A stretch of DNA of 64,000 bases, from contig NC_057718.1 of NCBI RefSeq assembly GCF_004010195.1, forward strand, positions 2,406,046 through 2,470,045, read 5' to 3'. The stretch is from Chiloscyllium plagiosum (Eukaryota). A program made the position numbers and the translations under genes. Under the pieces are notes generated by a model, which saw nothing but the letters and a program-made list of their open reading frames with translations, was not told where the DNA came from and did no database searches. This document shows positions 38,540-52,822 of this stretch, one piece after another; within the stretch, counting starts at the first letter, position 1; each line of letters starts with the position of its first letter.

Positions 38540-38920
38540 AGGGTGAGGACTCTACTCACTGGAGAGGTGATCTCATTGAAACCTATAGGATTCTGAAGGG
38601 GCTTGACAGGGTCAATGCTGAGAGAATGTTTCCCCTCATGGGAGAGTCTCGGATCAGAGAGCACAGTCTCAGGATAAAGAGGCACCGATTCAAGACTGAG
38701 ATGGGGAGGAATTTCTCAGAGGGTTGAGTGTCTTTGGATCTCTTTGCTACAGAGAGCTGGGGGCAGAGTCCATTTGTATATTTAAAGCTGAGATACACTC
38801 TTGATCAGTCTCGGAATCAAAGGACATGGGAATGAGCAGTAAAGTGGATATGAGGGATGTTGGGTCAGCCACAATCCTATTGAATGGCAGAGCAGGTTTG
38901 AGGGGCCAAATGGCCTACTT
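38540..38920 (+). mobile_element. CR1 3' fragment
   Basis: GDLIETYRILKGLDRV remnant and tail. Confidence 0.75.
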
Positions 38921-39479
38921 ACAATCTGAGTAAAACTGTGAAAACTCTCTGATGGGGTTGGCAACAATGGAAGATGGTTGTGATGGGGGCTGGGCAATCA
39001 TCTCACCAAGAACTTCGTTGTAATGATACATCATTGCATGGTCTGGAACCCAACCAGTTTCTGTCAATCCACCAACACCATTCCCTTCATCATAAAGTGG
39101 GCTGAAATACTGATGATTACAGGATATGATTCCTTTCACAGTTCTTCATAGGCATATGTGCCTGCAGTAAGATTTAGTCTGCCAATACTTTCTAATTGAT
39201 CGATTCAGAGATGTTATTAAACACTTCTGGAGCAGGTGGGACTTGAACCTGGGTCTCCTGGTCCAGAGGCAGGGGCACTACCACTGCACAGGACGGTGCC
39301 AGGAAAAAAATATAAGCACTGCTGCTGTTAGGCAGTAGTATGGGGGAAGAGAAAAAATAATTCACCTCTCACCAGGGCTGTATGCTGAAAAATCAAGCTC
39401 TGCCACTTCCAAAATATAAAAATTGTTACTTTTTTTGACAGCCAATACACAAAATTTGTCAATTGACCTGACTCTTTGA

Positions 39480-41080
39480 CCTAGGACTCCCATTCAGGCA
39501 AGTGGGGAGTGTTCCATCACACACCTGACTACTGCATTGTAAATGTAGGACAGACTTTGGGGAGTCAGGAGGTGAGTAACTTGCCACAGTATTCCTATCT
39601 GACCAGCTCTTGTAGCCACTGTGTTTATGTGGTGGGTTCAGTTCAGTTTCTACTCAACGGTAATTTCCCGAATGTTGATAATGATTGATTCAGTGAATGT
39701 GATGCTATTGAATGTTGAGGTAATGGTTGAATCCTGTCCTGTTGCACATGGTCATAGCCTGGAACTTATGTGGTGCAACTGTCACTTGTCAGCTCAAACC
39801 TAGATTTTGTTCATATCTTGTTTCATTTGAACATGGACTGCTTCAGTATCTGAGGAGTCGCGAATGAACATGGTGCAATCATCAGCAAACATCCCCAGAT
39901 CTGACCTTACAATAGGTTGTGAAGTTTATAAAATAACGAGACTTGCAGATATGAGTTAATGGTAGTTTTTTACAGTATTGGGGATTTCAAGATGATGAGG
40001 CACATTTTTAAGGTGGGAAAAGAGATTAAAAAAGGCGTATGGAATGAACTTCCTGAGGAAATGGTGTATGCTGGTACAGTTACAACATTTAAAAGACATT
40101 TGTATAGATATATGAGTAAGAAAGGTTTTGTGGGATAAGGATATGGTGTTATGGGCAGATGGAAAAACTGGAAGACAGTTCAGTGGCCCATCTACAGGGT
40201 TTGCTGTGACGATTCCATGCCAATCATAATACTGCTTTTTGGCCTTCATTCTTCAATGCTTTCAACGGCTTGCAGACGACACAATGGTTGCTTCATACCT
40301 ATATAAGAACGCTAACGTATTAAGTCACAGCTTACAACATTTGCTGAAGGAGAAATAAACCTGCTTACATTCAGCCCCAAGGCAGCTTCTACCACATAGA
40401 ACAGAGAAAGCTGCCGAGCTGGTGGAGGTTTCATGATTTCTCCCCTAAATCTAATGCAGCCCAAGCGGGTAAGCTACCTGAGAATCAATCACATTGTCCA
40501 GAGACCGAGTACACGTTGCTAGCTGAATCTTCACGTTACCAGTCCAACTCACTGTTCGAACAAGCAGTTGTGTAAATAATGCTTATAATGACTGTCAATC
40601 TGCTTGCCTTTCAAAACATGCAGTGAACCTTCAGTAATCTTTGATTTTTAAAACAGTTCTTCTCCTATTTTTGTCTGCAACCAGAAGTGCAGAAATATAA
40701 CAATTTTTACAATATTCACACACAATAGAAGCAATGTGTACAACTGGCAAAGTGCACTGCAGAAAATCATCTAGGCTCCTTAACACCTTCTAAACCCAGA
40801 ATTACTCCCATCTAGGACAAGGTCAGCAGGCAATTGGGAACATCAGCACCTGCAAGTTCCCCTCGAAGCCTCTCACCATCCAGTCTTGGAAATATATCAC
40901 CATTCCCTCACTGTCACTGGGTCAAAATCTTGGAGTTCCCTCGCTAATGGTATTGTGGGTCTACCTACAGCAGATGGACTGCAGCAGTTTAAGAAAGCAA
41001 CTCACCACCACCTTCTTAAGGGACAATAAGGGGTGGGTAATAAATGGTCAGGCCAGCAACACACCCATCCTGTTAATTCA
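39480..41080. mobile_element. Old LINE fragments (antisense RT about 39480-39915; CR1 about 39920-40140; CR1/L2-type 3' end about 40730-41080)
   Basis: Degraded RT-like sequence and a 3' tail shared with the SacSINE-like copies. Confidence 0.45.
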
Positions 41081-43040
41081 AACATAAAATGACAGCTAGA
41101 ATGTTGTCCGGGGCAATGGCCTTTGCTATTTCTTGTAATTATGTGAAGAGGGAGGGAGACCCTCAGAGATCTATTTACATCAGACAATTTGCACTTTTGA
41201 CTTCAGTCTTATCTTTTACATTCAGGTGTCAAGTTTCACTTAAAATAACTAGGGCATTTACCAACTCTACTGCTGCCTGTCCCCACTATCAGTGTAACCA
41301 TCTTCAAATACTTGTTGCAAAAACAGGTTTCCATATTCAAAGTCTCAAATAGTCTTTACCTCCTTCTCAAATAGCAAGCTCAAAACAAATTGATGACCCT
41401 CTCCGGATACATCTGCTGCATCAATAGCAGAATCTCGAACTCCTAACTTGTGGCAATGCCATTTGCAATATTATTGCGTTTACTTTCAAAGATTAAGTTA
41501 CTGATATAGATCATTTTATTTTGCACTTCCTTCTCCTTCTAGTTTCTCTTTCTCTCCCTTTATTTCTCCATCGCTAGCTTGTTGCATGATCACCCCCATT
41601 CCTTTAGGTCTTCCATTTTCTTTTGAAACCATGTAAGAAGCCACTTCCTAAATTTTCTTAGGCGTTTGCAATGCCGCTTCCTTTTAACAAATACAGGTTA
41701 TGTTGGCTATGCAAAGTATTTTGCCCCTTTTGCATTGGTCAGCAGCTGAAAGCGGTCAATCCAGGAGGAAGAGTTAGTTATTTCAACAGCTGTTGATCAA
41801 TGGACAATATTGAAGGTGCATTTTTCTGATACAAATCTGCTTACAAAACTTGCTTTGCCAAGAACATGAATAACAGATATGAAAACAACCAGGAAGCCTT
41901 TTGCTTGAACTAATCAACTCATCAAAAACAAGCTCTCTCTGTACAATATTTGTTCACTAATGGAGATTATCTTAGCTTCACTTTTTACATTACTATTTTA
42001 AGTACACTTACTCATCTTCTCTAAAGCTCTTTGAAGATCATCTATTCCCTCCAAAGCATTTCTCTTGAACTTACAATCAACATTGCTCTAAAATTCCAGC
42101 CCAGTACTTCTGTATGACATCAAGTATTGATCATTTCCTCAGTGGTGCCTGATTCAATCCAGACAAAACTAATTCATGGCATTTAAGGATGTACAGAAGC
42201 TTAATTGTGGACCTGATTGTTGCAAAAAGTCTATATTTGCATCATTTACTGTACACAACACAACTTTTCATGTCTTAAAATAGCCTGTGCATTTCATGCC
42301 AAAACTATTGCAGATGTATCTAGTGCACCACACTGAAAGCTTCATGTCTGTGGAATGCTATATGCAAACAAATGCATCTTTATTTTCTGAGAAATCTTCA
42401 TGTATGAAGTTGCCAAGAATTCTCTCACCAGCTTTATTTCGTGCAAGTTACAATAACTTGCTAGTCTTGTACGTGTATGAAATGATGACCTACAGTAAAA
42501 ACAAAACCATCTGAATACAGCACCAGTGTTCTGGGAGAGCTAATGGAAACAAAGAAAGATTGCTTTCTAACATTGAGAACAATTTAAGGATTTTTGGGAG
42601 TTATACCACCTGAATGGGAAATGTGCAGCAGGAATTGTCACTCCAGAGGCAGCTACATTCTTACAGTTTTCCAGCTTTTTAAAAAGGAATGAGAATGAAT
42701 CTTCATCTTCAGGATAGAAGGAACGCCAAAGCAATACCATAATGCGCTGTGAAAATCTGAGTGCAAAAAAAACTACAACTAAAAAAAGCGGTTCTTGAAA
42801 CCGCAAATTACAAATGAACTAAGAATGGTCTCTACAAGTTAGTGAGTAGACCTAGATGGAATGTATGAAAGTAGAACAAAAAAACAAGGTCAGAAGATAT
42901 TGCAGTCGGAACAAGACATACATTTCTTTCCATTATGATCTTACACACAATTTCTACAACTGGAACATCTCATATTGAAACCAAAAATAATTAATCCTTA
43001 TTTGAACTGAACATTCCACAAAAAAAAGTAAAAACTCAGC

Positions 43041-43046
43041 TTTATT
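43041..43046 (-). terminator. Candidate MCM3 poly(A) signal
   Basis: AATAAA on - strand about 1.5 kb after the stop, followed by a T/GT-rich tract; alternative signals at 42433 and 42379. Confidence 0.4.
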
Positions 43047-44558
43047 ATCGAAACAAAACAAAAGCACATAACACAAGTTCAACACAGCTTATTGTTTGCC
43101 TCTCTGCCCAACCTTCAGTGAGAGTTAACCAAGTGTTATCCATCCGTTAGCAAACTGTTGCTGGGGTTAAATGGAATACTTGAAAGAGAGATGTGATGCC
43201 AGTTTTCAATGGACCTGTAAGTCTGGATCTTTGCTGCCAGTGGATCATAACAAGCTCTGGGCATTTTACACTGGATGGTGTATAGTGATTACCTCTTGCG
43301 AGGATGCTGCTTCAATGCAAAGTTACTGTGTCTGAACGCCAGGGAAATGGGATTCCACTGACTAACCCATTATTTCATTTGGAATTTACAATGGGTTGGT
43401 GACATTTTCTCACTGCATGCATTTTTTCTCTGTTGCCATGTGGGTGTCTCTGACTGGACAAGGATTTACTGTCCACCCTGGTTGCCCTGGAGGTGGTGGT
43501 GGTGAGGTGCCTTCTTGAATTGCTGCAGTCCATGTGTTAAGGGCATTGTGCATCTACCTGCAGAACACAAGACTGCAGCAATTCAAAGTAGCAGGACACT
43601 ATCATCTTCTCTGGGGGCAAAAGGGAACGGGCGATTAATGCTGGCCCAGCCAGAAACATTCACTCCCATGAATGAATGTTTTAAAAAAAACGTAGTGAGA
43701 AAGTATTGCCAAGTCTTGCAGTAATTTCCAAGCCAAAACGTGGAGAACAGCATTCCACTCCCTACGATTTTCCCCAAATCAGTGTTTTTGTGACTGGTTG
43801 ATAGATCATGCGTAGCCCAGAGGCAAATACCACTCCCTGATTCACTTCAATCTAAAATCCCAGTTTTCATTAACTTTTGGTACCTGCAAAATTGCCAGGA
43901 ACAAAATGTAATCCCTCTGTTCAACAAAGATTAAAATCAACTCCAGCCTCCGCCCCCTCCAACCACACCAAACACCAGATCTGACAGGAGTTACTGATAG
44001 TCAACAGAAAACGTCTTTTGAAGTACCTCTATTGCAAGTCTTTCAAAGATGCATACCACTTAACCACCCCACATGGCCCCCGAATTCTGGGGCTCTACAT
44101 TAGACTAACACCTTGAATTAAAGATCAATAAGTTAGCTTCTTCTCCAACTGCACAAACAGTTCTTGGGAACCTAATGAGATTAGCTTGCATACAAACGTT
44201 GAAAATCACTTTCTTTTCTTCAGAGCTAAAGATAATGTGCCCTCTGCATCTGGCTGTACTTCCATCTTATCGACAACATTAAAAGATTCAAACAGTGCCC
44301 AACATGGTGGTCAAGTAACCCACGTACTGAAATTGAAGCAATTTGAGAGATGTGAGAGCGTACAAGGATGGGGCAAGATACCAGGGTTGGAAGCATTCAG
44401 CTGAAATCTGAATTATATACAACAGGATTGGGTGCATTAAATTGTGGGACATCCTTTAGACAGAATTTATACTTTGATAAGAGTGGTGAATTAAATCAGC
44501 TGGACACGGATTCACTCCATGAACTCCCCCCTCACTCAATTGACAAACACCATTGTCA

Positions 44559-44757
44559 TTAGATCAGGAAGATGATCTGATCTGACACCATAATCTGGTT
44601 GTCTTCCTGCATCTTGTCCAAGGCAGTCTGCACCTCCACATCAGAGAATGGCGTCTCATTACCTTTGTTGATCGATGCCATCAGAGTCTGCATGCCAAGG
44701 GACTGAGCATGTGCAGTCTTGAAAGCATCCAGGAGAGCAGCTTTAAATTGTTTGAAC
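44559..44757 (-). CDS. MCM3: MCM3 last coding exon (winged-helix C-terminus ...[17 protein letters not shown])
   Basis: cag acceptor, 199 nt to TAA; C-terminus matches the vertebrate MCM3 ending MQDDNQVMVSxxIIFLI. Confidence 0.97.
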
Positions 44758-45324
44758 CTGTGCCAGAATTAAAGACATGTTGAAACCCACAAATAGTGCA
44801 TACAAATATCCTCGAGGAAGTATGATCAAAGTACAGTTACCTAATACAGAATGGAGCAGAATAATAGCGTAAGAATATATTGAGCTTGAGCTCAAGCTCA
44901 GTGTGCAGCATCATACTGTAAACATCAAGATATTCCGATTCTATGGTTCTCCCCCAATACTATGTTTTATTTATTTGTTAACCAGAGGGACTGGGAGATG
45001 AGCTCTATCAATGTCAGTCTTGTTCAGATTACAGTCATCTTAAATTAGAACGCTCTGAGATTAACCCCTGCGTGTTTGTGCTCATGTGCCTCCATAAAGG
45101 GAGTCCAAAAAGTTCGAAAATGTGTAAACACACCATTTTTCTCTTTGTCATACAGCACTTGCCCCAAACTTTCAATCTATGACAATTTGGTCCTTCAAGT
45201 TAAATTCCCATAGAGAAGAATCAATTCCCAAATCAATGTGTAACAAGAGACCTAGCTCCTTCAGTAAAGCTGGAATGTTCATCCTGCTGATTAAGGTCAG
45301 TTTACTTTGCCTGATATCACTCAT

Positions 45325-46410
45325 AACATGAGAATGTATGAATTAGGAGGAGGAGATACGGTCCCTCAAGCTTGTTGCACCATTCAGTAAGATCAAGCTG
45401 ATTAGCTTTGTTTGGAATTCCACATTCCCATTTATCTCCCTGTGGACCCTCGGTTCCCTGCCTAACAAGAACCTAGCCCCCTGTTCAATGAGGCAGAGAA
45501 ATCAAAAGTCATGCATTACTCAGAAAACAGAAGTTTATTTATCTCTGTTCTGAAAGCGTGATCCCTAATTTTCCAAGCATCCTCTAATGCTGGACTGGCT
45601 CAAAAGAGGACACATCTCTTCCACATCCACCTTGTCAGAATTAAATACACTACAATCAAGTGACCCTTCACTCTTCGAAACTCTTGCAGAAACAAGTTCA
45701 GTCTGTCCAACTTTCCTCATAAGACAACCCAGATATTAACCCATAAACTTCCTCTGAACTACCTCCAACAGACTCCCTTAAGTAAAGAAACCAAAATTGC
45801 ACAAGGTATTCAAGATGTGGTCTCAATGTTCTGTATAACTGGAGAACATCTGTATTTTATTGTTCAATTTGTCTTGTACTAAAGGACAGTATCCCATTAG
45901 CTTTCTTGATTATGTGCTGTATCTCCATATTAACATTTCATGGCTCATGTACCAGAATGCTTTGATCCCTCTGCACCTCAGAATTCTGCAGTCGGTCTCT
46001 ATTTAAACACAACTCTGCCTTTTATTCTTCCTGACAAAGTGAACAACTTCACACTTTTCAACATTATACCCCATCTACCAGATTATTTTTCATTCACGCA
46101 ATCTAAATCTGCCCGAAACATTACGAGGGGCATCGATAGGGTAGACAGGAAGAAACATTGCCCGTTGATGGAGGTTTAGCAGAGACGTGAGGAAAAGCCT
46201 TCTCACCCAGAGGGTGGTGGGAACCTGGAACCCAATGCCTGTAAGAATGGTAGAGGCAGAAATCCATCACATTTTAGTAGTATTTAGATGTATCCCTCGA
46301 TGTCAAAGCATACCAAGCTACGGGCCAAATGCTGGAAAATGGGATTACAAAAGTTAGATGGTTGTTTTTAACCAGCATGGACACAATGGACCAAAGAGCC
46401 TTTTTCCATT
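45325..46410. mobile_element. Decayed CR1 fragments in the last MCM3 intron (- then +)
   Basis: CR1 tail and RT C-terminal remnants. Confidence 0.6.
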
Positions 46411-46454
46411 GCTGATAGCGTTAGTCACAGTTTCAGGATACTGATAAGACTCAC

Positions 46455-46545
46455 CTTTGCTCACTCAATTCAGACTTCTTAGCAGCTTCATCACTGGTGT
46501 CCATCTGGTCCTCTGGCTCTACGGTCATTGGAGTATGTGGTAGGA
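46455..46545 (-). CDS. MCM3: MCM3 penultimate exon (LPHTPMTVEPED...ELSEQR)
   Basis: 91 nt, cctcag acceptor, AG|gtgagt donor; phases 1/2 fit; HTP CDK-type site and ELSE resemble mammalian MCM3. Confidence 0.88.
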
Positions 46546-47396
46546 CTGAGGGGCAAATAACATCAGAATCTTAATCATAATCTAGGTAAACTACACCTAC
46601 CCTACTAGCTGCATGCATGAAAAAAAAAGTTTCTTCATCAAACAGGACTTTTCTTTCATAACACCAGGTGGATTTGGCTGATCACAGTATGATTTGCAAA
46701 ACGAACTGTTGAAGACTTCTTTAATGTTGATTTCAGTACTTGACCAATGTCTAGGTAAATGGTTTGGTTTTCTCTTTCAACATCTCTTAAGGAGGGAAGA
46801 GGATTTATGTCTAAGCAGAGTCACCTATTGTCCACTGGTGAAGAGATCACCCACCTCACCTCCTGACTGCTGAGTTTTGGAAGATGGAGTCATTGTTCAT
46901 GTCCAACCTCCACTCCTCTAGGAGCAGAGCAGAAATCTTTCAACTCAAACCCTCACGCTACCTCAAGTCTCAATTCATGAAAATTGCAAACAAAAAAGAG
47001 CATTAATAATCAGCACTCAATGAGATTAAGATTCAGAATAATGTTACAGTTAGTGAAACACCCAGGAGCTATGCAAAGGAACACTCAGCTGAGTTAGGTC
47101 ACTGTTATGCCAACCTTGTCACTAGACGAGATTGCTAATTTGATCTAATGTACCTGTTAGATTTAATAGCTAATCACTACTACTTGGGCCTTGATTAACC
47201 AACCTCAAAGCTAGCAATTGCACTTTTTGACAGTCAAAATATGAATCTGTTTTCTGATAGCTCAAAAGGTTTTGGTGATGAACAGCCAAGTCACCTCTCA
47301 CTATGCAATCCAAACTGCAGACAGGAAGTCCACCACCCCCCTGAATGCATGGCTGTCATACACTCAGACTGCATCGAGAAAAAAAACTGGACTTAC

Positions 47397-47509
47397 CATC
47401 AGGAGTTTCTTCCTCGGCGTCACTGAAGTCATAGGGATCATACTGCTCACCCTCCTTTAGCTCCCGTCTCTTTTTCCTGCTTTCACCATCTTTAGCTCGA
47501 CTTTTCCTC
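47397..47509 (-). CDS. MCM3: MCM3 internal exon (RKSRAKDG...YDPYDFSDAEEETPD)
   Basis: 113 nt, tag acceptor, G|gtaagt donor; MCM3-specific YDPYDFSD motif. Confidence 0.93.
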
Positions 47510-47944
47510 CTAAGATGACCAGAGTTGACAGCTTTATTACACACACTGCAAACAAATACAACTCTCCCAGTTACTGTCTCATCAACTGAGACAATGTTTC
47601 ATGCTTTTTGTGTGGGCATCCATTAATACCAAGAAAGAGAAGGCGGTAATTGATGTCAAACGAAAGACTGCATTAAGCTTATGCTTAAGCCTCTCAAAGA
47701 CCGTCATTTCATTACATGCCCATTACCAATCAGGAGAGTACTTCAGTCTTAAACCGGAGGCCTCTTCACGAGACAGGGCCCCACCTGAGAATACAGTGAG
47801 CTCCTGCAGTGTGCAGCAACTGTCAAGAACAAAGTTCAATTAAATCCGTGATCTTGGACACACCTTACTGATGCACACATGTAAACAAATAAGCGCCTGG
47901 ATTTGCCAGTGCTCTGTGCACGTTCTTGCACTGTATACTCTTAC

Positions 47945-48039
47945 CTCTTCTTGCTATCTCCATCATCCTGGATTACCTCTTCTTCCTCAGTTTCCACATC
48001 ACTCTCTTCTTTGCGACGTTTCTTCTCTTTCTCCAAAAC
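47945..48039 (-). CDS. MCM3: MCM3 internal exon (VLEKEKKRRKEESDVETEEEE...; basic NLS-like cluster)
   Basis: 95 nt, tag acceptor, AG|gtaaga donor; phases 0/2 fit both neighbours. Confidence 0.92.
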
Positions 48040-49022
48040 CTACACAAAACATAACATTAGAGCTCGATGGCTGTCTGGGAAAATGAACATTTTTCTTCAA
48101 TCGGATCTCCGTGACAGGGAGGAATAGGATCCAATGAGCAGTAGTTAGACTGCTCCTGTTGGTATGTAACAGAACTGCATGGGTGTGAGAATAATCGGCT
48201 ATTCCTACAGCACATTGACACACAGAGCTCAAAACATTTAATGCAGACTCTTCTTCCACAATGACAGCATGGTGTTAAACTGTAAGTTCCCTCCAAGTTA
48301 TACAATGTCCTAAACTGCACCCTTTCTTCAGGGTCGCTCAGTCAAAATGCTGGAATTAACCTCAGTGGCTCACCACCAGCAGCTCCAGGGCAAGTAGAGA
48401 TGGACAATAAATGCTGGCCCAGCCTGTGATGTCCACATCCCATCATACTGTTCTCATGTACACTTCTAACTCTATCCTTGGGTACATTACTAACCCAATC
48501 CTCTGATACAACCTGAGCTGATTAACAGACAATAATAGCACCATTCCAGTAAGAGTAGTTGTAAGGATAAAACTAATTTAAAAATGTCTTAATGCATTGG
48601 TTCCTTAATAAAAGCAACACACGGTATGTGGTTGGGAAAACTAGACTGAAGCAAAAGGCCATTAACTTGAAGGGCAGTATGATGGATGATGGAGGTCAGA
48701 ATTCCAGCAAAACCACTGGACATTTAATCAGTATCGCAGCTGCAAACTTACAGCGGGGTCGTGCAAGGTGGTAGTTCTGACCTTAAGAATTGTATACCTT
48801 GCTTGTAAGGGAGCTCACAATCTAAGACCTCCATGAGCTTTGAGCATTTTAGGTGAAAATGACACAGAGTTGGGAAGTCTTGGCATTAGACCTCTAGAAG
48901 AGACCTGGATTAGTGGTGCTGGAAGAGCACAGCAGTTCAGGCAGCATCCGAGGAGCAGTAAAATCGACATTGCGGGCAAAAGCCCTTCATCAGGAACAAG
49001 AGACCGACATGAATCACCACTC

Positions 49023-49424
49023 TGCAGTGATTGCAATAAGGTCAGCCAGGTGGACCACATAGAATGGGAGTTCCCTGATTGGGGCTGTTAACTTTGTCCA
49101 ATCAGGGGGCCCTGGCTGACAGAGATAAACAAGAGTGCACTCAGGTGTTTCCTTTCTTCCTGGTGGTGGAAACTGAATAAAGATTCGTGCACCTTGTGTC
49201 TTTCACTGTGTCTCACACCTGCACACACACACATGGGTGCTAGGGAAAAAAATAAGCACTACTGCAGTTAGGCGGCAGTGTGGGGGTTAAAAAAAAAACA
49301 AGAGTGTCAGACATCCTGACACTCTGAGCTGGCTATAAAGGAGCTTGATCCGTGTCAAGGGCTTTCCACGGGAAAATAAAGAGTGACTTAGTGATGGGGT
49401 ACTGGTCTCTCTGGAGTTACTTCA
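49023..49424 (+). mobile_element. Solo LTR with a nested poly(A) retroposon 3' end (49138-49295)
   Basis: TG...CA termini; flanks CACTC/CATTC; internal TATAAA and AATAAA; nested insert bounded by an 11-bp TSD AAACAAGAGTG. Confidence 0.65.
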
Positions 49425-50285
49425 CATTCGACACTTCAGGCTGAAGATTAGTGCAAAGGAGAAAGTGGAAATATTTGCAGCAATATGCTTGGCTCCCCCT
49501 ATCTTGGAGGAGAGGGATCTTTGTGAAGGTTTATCCATGAAGTTAATTGTCACTACCATTCTTATCAGAATGTGGCAAAACTAGAGTTTACATCTGATCC
49601 ATTGGTTGTGGGATTGCTTAGCCCTGTCCATCACTTGCCGCTGATGCTGTTTGGTAGCTTCACTTCATTTTTAGTTATGTCTGGTGCTGGCATGCCCTCC
49701 TGCACTCCCCATTGAGCCAAAGTTGATCTTGCTTCTGAAGAGTCGTCACTGGACTCAAAAGACTAGCTCTGCTTTCTCTCCACAGGTGTTGCCAGACCTC
49801 AGTTTTTCCAGCAATTTCTTTTATTGTTTCGGATTTACAACATCTGCAGTTCTTTTGGTATTTATTAAGCATATTGTACCTGTTTGGGACAAGGTGCTTT
49901 CTACTGCAATCAGTGCACTGGTTACAATTGTGTCACAACAGCACATTGCTGCCCAAACTTTCTCCCACTGAGACTTCATTTCGAGGCTTGAAAATGAGGA
50001 AGTGGAGCAGAGCTGCTGAAACTTGGTGGGAGCTCCCTGGCAACCATTGCTGCCTCATAGGGGTTCCTCATCCCTTCCACTTTGGGAAACTCTGCCACTG
50101 CATAGGAAATGTGAGAAATAGGAGGAGTAGACCATTCAAGCCTGCTCTACCATTCAAGAGGTCACTGCTCACCTGACATAGATCTTAATTCATTTGAGTG
50201 TAACAACTATATATAATCGCCATTATCAGAAACATTGTGTAAGGTACAGAAATTATGCCCTCACTAACTGTGGACTGTACTGTTA

Positions 50286-50777
<492 letters not shown>

Positions 50778-51429
50778 TTACTTTGAAACTATTCACCTTT
50801 AAAACACAATGGCAATGAAACAGCTTGCCCCCCTCCCCACCAACTCCCTTAGATGGCATGTGTGACATAGAAGGGCAAAACTCCAGCTGCCATCAACAAT
50901 CTGACACTGAGCTCAAAACTGAAGATGTGAAACAGGGTTCCCCTCCCCTCTCAAAGAAACCGGTAAACCAGTGCCCAAGGATACAGGTTTCCAGGGCATG
51001 ACAACATGAAGAAGTGCTCTTAAGAGGAAGGTAAACCTACAAGAAGCAGGTTGGTTCAACAAGTTACCAAGACCCATTACAGTACAAACAAGGCCAAAGT
51101 GTGGCTGAGAGATTAGCTGATCATAATATCCAGGGGCTCTTTCTCACAAACATCACCCTCCCCGACACAAACACCCTTGGGGTGGGGAGTGATTGATTCA
51201 GCAGCAGCCACCAGCACACAGCATTCCCCACTTCCCATACACAACCCATACAACAAACAAAGGGCCACCCTATCAACCAACAAAGCTGAGGGAGAACAAG
51301 TGTGCCCAGATACCTGGGCCACTCCATCAAGGTGTGTATCAATCATAAAGAAACATGATCAGGAAATGCATGAAATAGCTTCAAAGAAATTCTTTGTGAA
51401 AAGCTAGTGATATAAATAAATCCACAAAC

Positions 51430-51580
51430 CCGAGCAACATCAGAACTCATCTGGTCCTGATTGCGCAGATTGGAGTATTGCTCTGCAATGTAGTTTGCGG
51501 CCTCAGAAGTGAGCACGGGTTTAACAATCTTTGCAACGTGGATGTACTTGCGCATGAACTCCATGCTGACAATCTTCTCC
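51430..51580 (-). CDS. MCM3: MCM3 internal exon ([17 protein letters not shown]...[10 protein letters not shown])
   Basis: cag acceptor, CGG|gtttgt donor, 151 nt; closely resembles vertebrate MCM3. Confidence 0.95.
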
Positions 51581-52224
51581 CTGCAACACAAGAGCATTAG
51601 GCAAATCATTTGGTTATCATACCAAGTTAGACAAAGGTACAGGACATGTGAGCAACAATAACATGGCAATGCCCATTGTGTATCTCTGGACGTTGAAGGC
51701 AAAGTCAACCAGTCCAAGGAAAGAGTTTGTGAATGGTCATATTGCTCTAATAGTAGCCACAAAACATTTTGGACTAAAAAAGGATAAATCAAGGTACTTT
51801 CTATGGTAAAGTAGTTAAATACGGTAGATGTCCAAAGGAGTTGGGAAGCCTGGGTGCATAGATCTTTAAAATATCACAAACAGGTTTATTAAAAAATAAT
51901 TCATTGTGGGACATGGGCATCACTGGCTGGCCAGCATCTATTGGCTGTCCCTAGTTGGGAGAAATTGAGGACTGCAGATGCTGGAGATCAGAGCTGAAAA
52001 TGTGTTGCTGGAAAAGCGCAGCAGATCAGGCAGCATCCAAGGAGCAGGAGAATTGACGTTTCGGGCATGAGCCGTTCATTTTTAGACCCTAGTTGCCCTT
52101 GAGAAGGTGGTGGTGAGCTAACTTCTTGAACCACTGCAGTCCACCTGCGGTGTACTGACCCACAATGACCACGAAGTGAATTCCAGAACATAACATAACA
52201 CAGATTATCATCAAATGCAGAATA

Positions 52225-52822
52225 CAATCAGGAAAGCTTTATATCAAGAGGACTGGAGTACAAATGTGCAGATGTTACGCTGCAGTTACAGAAAACCCTA
52301 GTTAGACCCCACTTGGAATACTGTGGACAAATCTGGGCACCACACCTTGAGGATATATTAGCCTTGCAGAGTGCACATCGTAGGTTTACAAGAATGATAC
52401 CTGTACATCAGGGTTTAAATTTGGAGGAGAGATTATACAAAGTAGGCCTGTATTTTCTAAAATTTAAAAGGTTAAGGCATGATCTGATCAAAGCGTTCAA
52501 AACACTAACAGGAAATGACAGGCTAGATAAAGATAAATTACTTCCACTTGTTAGAGATTCTGGAACTAGGGGACATTGTCTAAGAATTAGGGCTAGACCA
52601 TTCAGGAGGGTGTCAGGATGGTAGAGGGTTGGACCACAATTTCACAAAATGTAGTGGATGCTGAATCAGTTGTTCATTTTAAATCTGAGATAGAGTTAAG
52701 CAAAGGTACAAAAGGATATGGTCCAAGGGCAGATATATGGCGTTTGGCCATGGATCAGTCAAGATCACACTGAATGACAGAACAGGCTCATGGGGCTGAA
52801 TGGCCTCCTCCTGCTCCTATGT
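52225..52822 (+). mobile_element. CR1 3' fragment
   Basis: LEYCGQIWAPHL...DLIKAFKTL and tail. Confidence 0.8.
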
